A DNA stretch of 16,595 nucleotides. It comes from a bacterium. Lineage in GTDB: Bacteria > UBA10199 > 2-02-FULL-44-16 > DYJF01. Shown one piece after another: positions 8,701 to 15,698 of this stretch. The first letter of the stretch is position 1, and every line of letters begins with the position of its first letter. Where the stretch lies: contig JBGSNL010000032.1 in the NCBI GenBank assembly GCA_041739675.1, forward strand, positions 1 through 16,595. The letters run 5' to 3'. The notes below the pieces were generated by a model. The model worked only from the letters and a program-made list of their open reading frames with translations, was not told the DNA's origin and did no database searches. The position numbers and the translations under genes were made by a program.

Positions 8701-10108
8701 CGCTGGTGCCGCTTGTTCCATTGCCGTTTGTCGCAGATCTGTTTTGCGCAACTGCAAGGCGCGCGTTCGCAAGGACGACCACAAAATGTGAATACGAGGC
8801 GAGCTCCGGGTTGGCCGCGACTATCGAGCGGCGTTCGGCAGTCAGGGCGCCGGTTTGCGGCAGGCCGTCCATGTCAACCGGTGCTGCGTCACGCTCGAGG
8901 ATCCGGGCAAGATTTTTTTCAAGTTCAGCATTCAGATCCAGCGCAAGCATCATTTCGTAGAAGACATCAGGGTAAGAATCGGATTGGCCGGCAGGTCTTC
9001 CCATTGCATTGCGAAAAATTTCAGGCATCAGGGCCCACGCGTTTTTCAGCTGATCTTCCAGCCTTGGCTTGGCATTATTCAAAAACCATGTCTCAAGGAG
9101 AGGAGGTAGCTCGCCGGGCCTCGCGATAAGATCCTGAGAGGTGTTCGATACGAACCATTCCCGCCGGCGGGGAGCCATGATGTCGCGCCACATTAGAAAC
9201 GCCGTCGAGCCAAGATAATCGCTGAAGTAGGATCCGTTGCCCATGCGCCTTCTGAACTGCGCTCTTACGACCCTTTCCTTTGTCACCCGCGTGACGGCAT
9301 TTGCCATGACCTCTTTAGAGACGCGAACGTAACCGCCCGCCCTCTCGTTTGCCGCTATGCGGCCATCGGGTGAGGCCAGCGGATATTGGGCAATGTAGCC
9401 GCCGATATCCAATGATGGCAAAGCGTTGGTGGCGTTAGCGGGTTTATAGTGATCGATCACTTCTTGAACATAACTATCGATCAGGCGCTGGACATAGTAT
9501 TGTCTAGCGTTCTGCGAAAGATCGAAGAGAGGCAGACGAAAATCAGTGCTTAAACGATCCTGAAGGAGATCGTAGTTGGGGATATACCGCCCCACATAAA
9601 GATTAAAATCGTCCATCAGTTTTAACAGGGTCTGGGCCGCCGGGCGCGGCGCGCTTTGTGGGGAAGATGCAACGGATGCGCTGTCTCTGCGCCGAAAAAG
9701 CGATGAAAGCCCCATGAAAATCATCATGGGACCCGGTGAAAGCGGGATGCCGCGTTTTTTTAACCACTCTGCCAATTTCGGGATGCGCTTCGTCATCCAA
9801 TCGGGCATGGATGGAGGAGTTTTTTCATGCCAGAACTTGTCAGGCCAGAGCCTCTGAAGGCACCAGTAAATGCCGCCGACAGCCAGGAAGCCAAGGCTCA
9901 TGCCGACGAATGCCCAAAAATATGTTCCCCTGTCGATTTCCTCTTCCCCGCTCGGCGGGGGGTTGTCGGTTCCGCCCACTTGTGTGCATGAGCAGTAAGA
10001 ACCTCTTTGCTCGTCATCTACGCATTCACATTCTTGCGAAATTGTTGGTTGATCCGGGTCGATAAACTGCAGAGGGATTTTTGAAGATGTGACACCTGGG
10101 GTAGTCAT
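5717..10108 (-). CDS. Orphan paralogue C (1463 aa), membrane-anchored repeat protein with conserved C-terminal motif
   Basis: 4.4-kb ORF with RBS AAGGAG (10125-10120). Contains CECx9CSC, DNPPP, transmembrane-like YFWAFVGMSLGFLAVGGIYW, three internal domain copies, STVSGVFDPEELSTG (5888-5932) and an RPA-rich tail. Confidence 0.9.
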   Translation of the reverse strand: MTTPGVTSSKIPLQFIDPDQPTISQECECVDDEQRGSYCSCTQVGGTDNPPPSGEEEIDRGTYFWAFVGMSLGFLAVGGIYWCLQRLWPDKFWHEKTPPSMPDWMTKRIPKLAEWLKKRGIPLSPGPMMIFMGLSSLFRRRDSASVASSPQSAPRPAAQTLLKLMDDFNLYVGRYIPNYDLLQDRLSTDFRLPLFDLSQNARQYYVQRLIDSYVQEVIDHYKPANATNALPSLDIGGYIAQYPLASPDGRIAANERAGGYVRVSKEVMANAVTRVTKERVVRAQFRRRMGNGSYFSDYLGSTAFLMWRDIMAPRRREWFVSNTSQDLIARPGELPPLLETWFLNNAKPRLEDQLKNAWALMPEIFRNAMGRPAGQSDSYPDVFYEMMLALDLNAELEKNLARILERDAAPVDMDGLPQTGALTAERRSIVAANPELASYSHFVVVLANARLAVAQNRSATNGNGTSGTSGAGGAGTAGSGEPGAVPSRGTVTTSTVRAGASDPWWAHAFMPFAPAPLGIWSGLRKLFSVVPPASDSEAPPAPDTPATPQGLPANSQLDPQKVALQYRTTYGERLRALGIGSDKDMDVVISYFAAMGMAPYVGKQTPGGELSQKIVEQSEQWLIHTVSRSTRTHRRTLWPQIIPPLLKLAHVFRWVEGNEPEVARKGFKAIDERAEEIVKGWNKIPHKTQKKDYGYTGGPIPQRYLARLHAPAPRIRPAPQAPSGILSIPPASDVPFLSASREPEVSVAAPSRVEESTESQTPEPARYIMNLEAFDISPASYVYLTNMVKREFAYIGLPDEYIETIAQAVMFRWQLHLVTTHPNTSLNHMSSKERIPPDVFVIKEAWALRNKFPGLVEIPQDREGLHRFIYDRMITFDPYDVQTARYLSQLAMSAFERSFFSRQNSRFNIDRLFVTLFRIEFALRKVKELQDVWNRMPEELQRALGTIESGNKYPSLFIELMLSAKHGLDIDHMLQRDERPIRIDYPRSVVDPRSPIAKAVDDELAHRNPVLLHYGNIFRRLSDHIATERQETMAHSIKSAPVRAAQQEATSTATESARSEPERSRPVLTRSRPVSPAQPAQSHYRVLSTRPFAQLYGILSYNIQYVLVISDTLSRTLELDYSDVPTIARIIEFRWLLLKGRSIDPPDAQFIREQAASLSKDPFLRQFRDTADEIETLDEEHLSSRIRAIFSSSSVGGTETNGNYLGQLAVLAFRKPFFSEHDGVFRVPRLFMHLFINEYAHPKLRELDEVWGKMPRPLQDALGGKQSGHYPPLFTDFMLAVADRNDELGFYFKEGSRFDINYDSGILVDGRRQAKGELLAEHPGLAHYPHVLDVLMWHYAEKREDAKKRGGEGSGGTPRGGAAPAAQGGQVAGGGQPVDGSERASSPEQESTSTVSGVFDPEELSTGAGLAPMDSSPVTTGASILFGRQRQVAHRPATYTARPASVFRPAVLARPAVSTVPAL
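6075..9540 (-). repeat. Three diverged protein-level domain repeats (about 250 aa each) inside orphan C
   Basis: Cores: WALMPEIFRNAMG..YPDVFYEMML..NPELASY (W at 9037); WNRMPEELQRALG..YPSLFIELML..NPVLLHY (W at 7312); WGKMPRPLQDALG..YPPLFTDFML..HPGLAHY (W at 6358). Boundaries approximate. Confidence 0.8.
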
Positions 10109-10170
10109 GTCTTATGGTTCTCCTTGTTTCAGGCGGTAAGTCCCCAGTGCCTTACGCCCGCGATTGGCGG

Positions 10171-10199
10171 CATATAGCGAATATGAGCTTGATCCGCAA
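10171..10199 (-). promoter_or_regulatory. Candidate sigma70-type promoter of orphan C
   Basis: TTGCGG(10199-10194)-17 nt-TATATG(10176-10171), 62 nt before ATG 10108. Both hexamers are identical to those upstream of the DUF4416 gene. Leader hairpin at 10131-10159. Confidence 0.5.
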
Positions 10200-10210
10200 G
10201 TATTTTGTGG

Positions 10211-11230
10211 TTATTTCAGGATCGATCTCAGCTCGTCTTTTAAAGGCAGGGAGCAGAGCCATGTTACGGCGTCTTTGGGCTTGAAATCTCTATGGAGCAT
10301 CCTGTACATCGCCTCGCAAATGGGGGCGCTGATGCCGTTTTCCACGACGAGATGATATACCGCCTTTGCGGTCGGGATCCCTTCAGCCTCCATTTTCATA
10401 TCTTTGAGTATTGCGTCGAGAGTCTCCTCCTGCCCCAGCCTCTTGCCCACGGTGTGGTTTCTGGAAAGATCCGCCGTGCAGGTGAGGACAAGGTCGCCTA
10501 TGCCTGATAGGCCGATGAAGGTTAAGGGATTTGCTCCCAGCGCTTTTCCGATCTTCACCATCTCGTAGAGGCCGCGCGTGATTATCGCCGCGCGCGCGTT
10601 GTGGCCGAACCCCAGCCCGTCGCTCATGCCGGCGGCGATCGCGATGACGTTTTTCACCGCACCGCCAACCTCGACGCCGATGACGTCCTCATTCGTGAAT
10701 GTGAGAAACGTGTTTGTCCTGAATGTTTCCTGAACTTTTCCAGTAACACCCTGATCTTTTCCCGCAATCACGACAGATGTCGGGAGCCCTTTTGCGACCT
10801 CTGGGGCAAAGCTGGGTCCCGATAAAAATGCGCGATTGGATTGCGGGTGAGAGGGCAGGCAATCGGACAGAACTTCGCTCATAAGTTTTTTTGTGTCCGA
10901 CTCTATTCCCTTGGTTGCGCTGACAATTATTGTTTCCTTGTCGACAAATTCCGCCGCATCGCTCCACACCTTCCTCACGAAGCGCGACGGGACGACGGAA
11001 ACGACTATCTCTTTGCCGGCCACGGCATCTTTAAGCTCCGTTGTGGCCGCAATTTGCGCAGGGAGATCGATGTTTGAAAGATAGAGAGGGTTCTTATGGT
11101 TTTTATTTATGCCGGCGGCGACTTCCTTCTCCAGGCACCAGAGAGTTACCGATTCGCCCTTTTCCGCCAGCATTTTTGAAAGTGCTGTGCCCCAACTACC
11201 CGCCCCGACAACACCAATATTTTTAGCCAT
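10211..11230 (-). CDS. gpsA: NAD(P)H-dependent glycerol-3-phosphate dehydrogenase
   Basis: GAGSWGTAL Rossmann motif, SATKGIE, LSGPSFA, GGAVKNVIAIAAG, GLSGIGDLVLTC...SRN. Confidence 0.97.
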   Translation of the reverse strand: MAKNIGVVGAGSWGTALSKMLAEKGESVTLWCLEKEVAAGINKNHKNPLYLSNIDLPAQIAATTELKDAVAGKEIVVSVVPSRFVRKVWSDAAEFVDKETIIVSATKGIESDTKKLMSEVLSDCLPSHPQSNRAFLSGPSFAPEVAKGLPTSVVIAGKDQGVTGKVQETFRTNTFLTFTNEDVIGVEVGGAVKNVIAIAAGMSDGLGFGHNARAAIITRGLYEMVKIGKALGANPLTFIGLSGIGDLVLTCTADLSRNHTVGKRLGQEETLDAILKDMKMEAEGIPTAKAVYHLVVENGISAPICEAMYRMLHRDFKPKDAVTWLCSLPLKDELRSILK

Positions 11231-11273
11231 AAAGGCTAATTACATCCAAGGGGATATAAATTGCAAGAAGTGC

Positions 11274-11300
11274 GCAACTTTTTTGCGGGGCTGCCGATCA
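11274..11300 (+). promoter_or_regulatory. Sigma28 (FliA)-like promoter candidate upstream of the PilZ gene
   Basis: GCAA-N15-GCCGATCA versus consensus TAAA-N15-GCCGATAA: correct spacing, 7/8 match at -10, weak -35. Confidence 0.4.
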
Positions 11301-11353
11301 ATAGGGTGAAAGCTCTTGCAACGGGGAAAGTTGGGGTATAAAAGGAGAGGGCA

Positions 11354-11671
11354 ATGGAAAAGAGAAGGCACCCCAGGGTCGCGCTGGATCTTCCCGTGAC
11401 TGTCCGTCACAAGGGAAAATTGATCCCGGCAACGGCTGTCAATGTGAGCTGCGGCGGCATGTATCTCGTAACTGAAGGTGAAACCCTCTCTGAAAATTCC
11501 TCAATCGAAGTCACGTTCGACCTTAACGACGAGGCCCGGGACGTGTCGCTCTGCGGTGTCATTTCACGCGTTGAAAGCACGGATCGTCCGCGCATCGGCG
11601 TCCAGTTCGGCAACTTTTTCTCATCGGGCCACAAAGCGCTCCGCGAATTCTTAAGACGTCATCTCAACTGA
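11354..11671 (+). CDS. Stand-alone PilZ domain protein (predicted c-di-GMP binding)
   Basis: RRHPR (RxxxR) and NVSCGG (D/NxSxxG) motifs, GVQF near the C-terminus, RBS AAGGAG. Confidence 0.92.
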   Translation: MEKRRHPRVALDLPVTVRHKGKLIPATAVNVSCGGMYLVTEGETLSENSSIEVTFDLNDEARDVSLCGVISRVESTDRPRIGVQFGNFFSSGHKALREFLRRHLN

Positions 11672-11680
11672 CGCTTCTCT

Positions 11681-12625
11681 ATGGGGGAAAATCAATATCT
11701 GATGTGGCTTGTGTTCGGGGTCCTGGTCGCGGGGCTTCTTGTGCTGGACCTTGGCGTTTTTCACCGCAAGGCCCACGTGGTGAAACTCAAGGAAGCGCTC
11801 CTTTTCAGCCTCGGGTGGATCTCGCTGGCACTCATTTTCAACGGCTTCGTCTGGTACGAGATGGGCCACGTAAAGGCGCTTGAATTTTTAACGGGCTATC
11901 TCATCGAGGAATCGCTCTCCGTCGACAACCTGTTCGTCTTCATCGTTATTTTTTCCTATTTCGGTGTCGCTTCAATACACCACCACAGGATACTTTTCTG
12001 GGGAATCGTGGGCGCGATAGTCATGCGCGCGATTTTCATCGCATCCGGCCTCACGCTGATCGCCAGATTTCACTGGATCATCTACGTTTTCGGTATCTTC
12101 CTTGTCATAACCGGCATCAAGATGCTCCTCTACAAAGAACAGGAGATCCATCCCGAGAAGAATATTTTTGTCAGACTATTTAAAAAATTCGTGCCGATCA
12201 AAACCGATTATGAAGGGAAAGATTTCATAACGAGAGAGAACGGGAAGCTGATGGCGACGCCCCTTCTCGTCGTGCTCCTCGTCGTGGAGACTACCGACGT
12301 CATGTTCGCGGTAGATTCCATTCCCGCAATTTTTGCCATCACGAACGATCCGTTCATAGTCTACACGTCTAATATATTCGCAATTCTGGGGCTCCGCTCA
12401 CTCTATTTTCTGCTGGCGGACATCATCGACCGCTTCCAGTATTTGAAAGTGGGGCTCGCATTCGTGCTAACGTTCGTGGGAATCAAGATGCTGATATCGG
12501 AATTCTATAAGATTCCAATAGCGATCGCGCTTGGAGTGGTCGCCGCGATTCTTGCGGCGTCGATCGTAATTTCTCTCGTCAAAAAACCTAAACCTCTTGA
12601 AGGCCGCGATCCATCTCCTCGATGA
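11681..12625 (+). CDS. TerC/Alx family integral membrane protein
   Basis: GYLIEESLSVDNLFVF, ILFWGIVGAIVMR, TDVMFAVDSIPA and VYTSNIFAILGLRSLYF motifs; many hydrophobic segments. Confidence 0.95.
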   Translation: MGENQYLMWLVFGVLVAGLLVLDLGVFHRKAHVVKLKEALLFSLGWISLALIFNGFVWYEMGHVKALEFLTGYLIEESLSVDNLFVFIVIFSYFGVASIHHHRILFWGIVGAIVMRAIFIASGLTLIARFHWIIYVFGIFLVITGIKMLLYKEQEIHPEKNIFVRLFKKFVPIKTDYEGKDFITRENGKLMATPLLVVLLVVETTDVMFAVDSIPAIFAITNDPFIVYTSNIFAILGLRSLYFLLADIIDRFQYLKVGLAFVLTFVGIKMLISEFYKIPIAIALGVVAAILAASIVISLVKKPKPLEGRDPSPR

Positions 12626-13874
12626 GAATGTTGGGCTCTTCCAAACCCACTGCAACTCTCACCCCGCCCGGATCGATGCCGGCCTTCGCCTGATCTTCAA
12701 GGCTTATGGCGGAATGGCTCATCGAAGACGGATGCTCGATAAGCGTTTTGCAATGGCCGAGCGATACGGCCAAGGTGTAGGAAAGAGCGTTCTTTGCGAG
12801 CCAGTTCATGAGCTTTGCGCCTTTGCGCCCCGCCTCGTCGGGTTTTCCCTTCAATACGAAATACAAAATTGAAGACGGCGCGAATTCACCGGTAAAGGTG
12901 CGCATCTGTTTCCTGGCGAGATCGTATTGCGGGAACGTTTCGAGGCCGGGATAAAGGACCTTTTCCACTTTCGGGTGCTCCGAGAGATGCTTTGCGAGCA
13001 CGGTTGCCGATTTCATCGTCTGGCGCATGCGAGTGGAGAGGCTGGGGAGTCCGTAAACCAGAAACGGCCATGCGTGCTTGCCCGAAAGTACCGCGCCGAA
13101 ATCCTTTCGATAAAGCATGATGTCGCGGAAAAACTTTTTAGGGCCGATAACCACGCCGCCCATGTCCGTCCCGAAACCTGACAAATGTTTTGTGAGCGAC
13201 GCGACGACAAAGTCCGCGCCGAACTCCATGGGCCTCTGGCAGAAGGGGGACGCAAACGTGTTGTCCACGACGATGAAGATTTTATCTTTTTCCGATCTCT
13301 TTTTATTCGCCTCGTCCACCTGCCTTTTGATCTCCGCTATATCTATCAGCTCAAGTGTTGGGTTGATGGGTGTTTCAAAGAAGACCACGCGCGTGTTGGG
13401 CTTTATAAATTTTGAAAGATCGGCGCCGTTCATGTGCGCGAAAGAAACTTCGACCCCGTTCCTGGGCAGCCAGTTTGTGAAGAGCGAATATGTGCAGCCG
13501 TAAACCGAATCGTTCGATATCAAATGCGATCCCTTCCCAGTCAGAACCGAGACGACAGCGCTGATGGCCGCCATGCCAGTGGAAAAGCAAATCCCCGTCT
13601 CGCCCCCCTCGGTGGTCGCAAGACGGTCCTCCAGCATGCCGGTGGTCGGTTCGTCGATCCGCTCATATATATAGATGGGATCGTTCTCCATCTTGTCATA
13701 ATCGCCGAACTGCGCAAACCCCTGCGCCCCGCGCTCCGTCGTGCCAAGGCGGTAGATGACCGACGCCGTCATCGGGGGGACGACGTGATGGCTGTAATCC
13801 CACTTCGGCGTGACGTCTTCGCCGTGGATCAGAAACGCCTCCATGAATTTTGGCGGTTTGTTTTCATGTGTCAT
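12588..13874 (-). CDS. Cys/Met-metabolism PLP-dependent enzyme, probably methionine gamma-lyase
   Basis: FSTGMAAI, VYGCT (the YGC is typical of methionine gamma-lyases), FETPINP, VDNTF, PLP-lysine SLTK, LAVSLG, VRVAVGLE. Start set at ATG 13874 after AAGGAG. Confidence 0.88.
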   Translation of the reverse strand: MTHENKPPKFMEAFLIHGEDVTPKWDYSHHVVPPMTASVIYRLGTTERGAQGFAQFGDYDKMENDPIYIYERIDEPTTGMLEDRLATTEGGETGICFSTGMAAISAVVSVLTGKGSHLISNDSVYGCTYSLFTNWLPRNGVEVSFAHMNGADLSKFIKPNTRVVFFETPINPTLELIDIAEIKRQVDEANKKRSEKDKIFIVVDNTFASPFCQRPMEFGADFVVASLTKHLSGFGTDMGGVVIGPKKFFRDIMLYRKDFGAVLSGKHAWPFLVYGLPSLSTRMRQTMKSATVLAKHLSEHPKVEKVLYPGLETFPQYDLARKQMRTFTGEFAPSSILYFVLKGKPDEAGRKGAKLMNWLAKNALSYTLAVSLGHCKTLIEHPSSMSHSAISLEDQAKAGIDPGGVRVAVGLEEPNILIEEMDRGLQEV

Positions 13875-14580
13875 GGGAGTCTCCTTTATTATATGGGCAT
13901 GCCTTCTGGCACAGATCGCAGCCATACTGTTCCGGTTTGATGTATTTTGTCAATTTGTCATCGATCGGACCTTTGTGTTCGATCGTCAGGTACGACAGAC
14001 AGCGTCTGGCATCTATAATATACGGCTCAAGGATCGCCCCGGTGGGACAGGCGCCGATGCATTTTTTGCAACCGCCGCATTGGTTTGAAGAAGGCTTGTC
14101 CGGTTCAATTTCAAGATCGGTTATTATCTCACCCAAGACAAAAAACGATCCGTGATCGGAATTGATAACGACCGAGTGCTTACCCTGCCAGCCGATTCCG
14201 GCCTTCACCGCAAGGGCCTTTTCAAGAATGGGGCTCGTGTCCACACAGGTTTTGAAGCGCGCGGACGGATGACGTTTTTTAATGACATCGGTGAGAATAC
14301 CCAGCTTGCCCCTGACAAGGTCGTGATAATCTCTTCCGCGCCCCAATTTGTATTCCAGCGCCGCACAAATTACCGATTTCGCCCCAGGCAGAAGAGATGA
14401 GGGATCGCATCTTGCCTCGGGGCTCCGTCTTATCCAGTCCATTGAAGCGCAAAGGCCGTTTGCGAGCCATTTATCCAGGTGTTCCAGTTCGGAAAGCGGT
14501 TCGGCTGCAGAGACACCAACGGCAAAAAAACCGTTTTTCAGCGCGGCTTCGCGTACAATATCTTTAAGAGCGTCGTCCAT
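13864..14580 (-). CDS. queG: tRNA epoxyqueuosine(34) reductase QueG (short form, 238 aa)
   Basis: GRDYH, VDTSPILEK, AGIGWQGK, GSFFVLGEI, CGGCKKCIGACPT, DARRCLSYLTIE, YGCDLCQKACP. Start moved to ATG 14580, downstream of a TTGACT-17-GATAAT promoter candidate (14618-14590). Confidence 0.9.
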   Translation of the reverse strand: MDDALKDIVREAALKNGFFAVGVSAAEPLSELEHLDKWLANGLCASMDWIRRSPEARCDPSSLLPGAKSVICAALEYKLGRGRDYHDLVRGKLGILTDVIKKRHPSARFKTCVDTSPILEKALAVKAGIGWQGKHSVVINSDHGSFFVLGEIITDLEIEPDKPSSNQCGGCKKCIGACPTGAILEPYIIDARRCLSYLTIEHKGPIDDKLTKYIKPEQYGCDLCQKACPYNKGDSHDT

Positions 14581-14666
14581 TTCGCGGAAATTATCGGTTC
14601 CCGGCGAGCCCAAGTCAACCCCTCTTTGGGTTGCGAAAATAGCAAAGATGAAGTAGAGATAATCTT

Positions 14667-15383
14667 ATGACCGTGAACAAAATAGGTTCGGCGACGATGG
14701 GCCTGCCGCCCACATGGATGGCAAGGGCGGCCGCGGCGGGCGGGGCGATAGGAAACGCCGACGAGATCAAAAAGATTTTGGGCGAACCCATCCCGCAGAT
14801 CGCCGATCCCAAGACAATTCCGCCTCACATCGCGGAGATGTTCGAAACCGGCGGCCTGCTCGATCGGATGAGAAGAAAGTTGGCGCTCATATCGAGAAAG
14901 CGCGGGCGCAAGATCATTCCCGCAAGAAACACCATTGCATCCGTTGATGAAGAGGATAATCTCTACGTTGGCGTGGATTTTCTGGAAAAGTACGGCGATA
15001 ACGAGGCGCTCATCGCCGCTGTTCTCGCGCACGAATGGGGCCACATGATGAGCGATCTGCCGCGCGGGATAAACTGGTCGCGCCTCACATGGGACGAGCT
15101 CCACGCTATAAGGAGAGAGGAAGAGGCCGACGCGGACGGTTTTGCGGGCAGGGCGCTCTTTCTCATGGGATTCAAACCGGACGAGATGATAAAATTTTTA
15201 AAAGACCTCGATAAGAAGAGGAATAAAAATATTCCATGCCACAAATACCACAACACTCCCACGCGCGTTGAAATATTGAAACAATCCTACGATGCCGAGA
15301 AACGCGCAATGGAAGTGGCGCGAAGGCTTTTCTTCGGTTCCACCGTCGGCGCAAAAGTTGGCAGGGTTATCACTTCAGGATAA
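14667..15383 (+). CDS. M48-like zinc metallopeptidase domain protein
   Basis: AAVLAHEWGH (HExxH), downstream REEEADAD third-ligand motif, LFLMGF-P and a late H..R segment (YHNTPTR). No signal peptide or transmembrane segment seen. Confidence 0.75.
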   Translation: MTVNKIGSATMGLPPTWMARAAAAGGAIGNADEIKKILGEPIPQIADPKTIPPHIAEMFETGGLLDRMRRKLALISRKRGRKIIPARNTIASVDEEDNLYVGVDFLEKYGDNEALIAAVLAHEWGHMMSDLPRGINWSRLTWDELHAIRREEEADADGFAGRALFLMGFKPDEMIKFLKDLDKKRNKNIPCHKYHNTPTRVEILKQSYDAEKRAMEVARRLFFGSTVGAKVGRVITSG

Positions 15384-15695
15384 AGTTACGTCCTTGACCC
15401 ACTGCAGATAATCAGGCAGGGCGTCATTGATATCCACGACCATGAATTCCGGAACTTCGTAGCTGTGATGCTTTTCGATGAATTCCTTGAGTTTATCCGT
15501 CTTGCTCTTGAGGGATTTGATGACGAGAAGATGCTCCTGCTCGTCGTGAATCTCCCCTTCCCATTCATAGACAGATCTGATGTTGGGAAGGATGTTCACG
15601 CAAGCCGCGAGTTTTTCCTCCACAAGTTTTTGCGCGATGGAGGTTGCTTCCTTTTCCGTGTTGGTCGTGACAAACGCTACTATTAGATCCGCCAT
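15375..15695 (-). CDS. cutA: Divalent-cation tolerance protein CutA
   Basis: LVEEKLAACVNI, SVYEWEG, HSYEVPE and YLQWV motifs; 106 aa. Confidence 0.96.
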   Translation of the reverse strand: MADLIVAFVTTNTEKEATSIAQKLVEEKLAACVNILPNIRSVYEWEGEIHDEQEHLLVIKSLKSKTDKLKEFIEKHHSYEVPEFMVVDINDALPDYLQWVKDVTLS

Positions 15696-15698
15696 TTT

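Noticed and set aside
750..10108. Orphan cluster as a prophage, genomic island or defence system
   Set aside because: I saw no integrase, transposase, phage gene, tRNA target, flanking repeat, or nuclease/NTPase/reverse-transcriptase motif. Composition and promoter style look like the flanking genes by eye.
14538..15104. 188-aa minus-strand ORF and the many other 60-190 aa antisense or alternate-frame ORFs
   Set aside because: They are shadows of well-supported genes, with no motifs or RBS.
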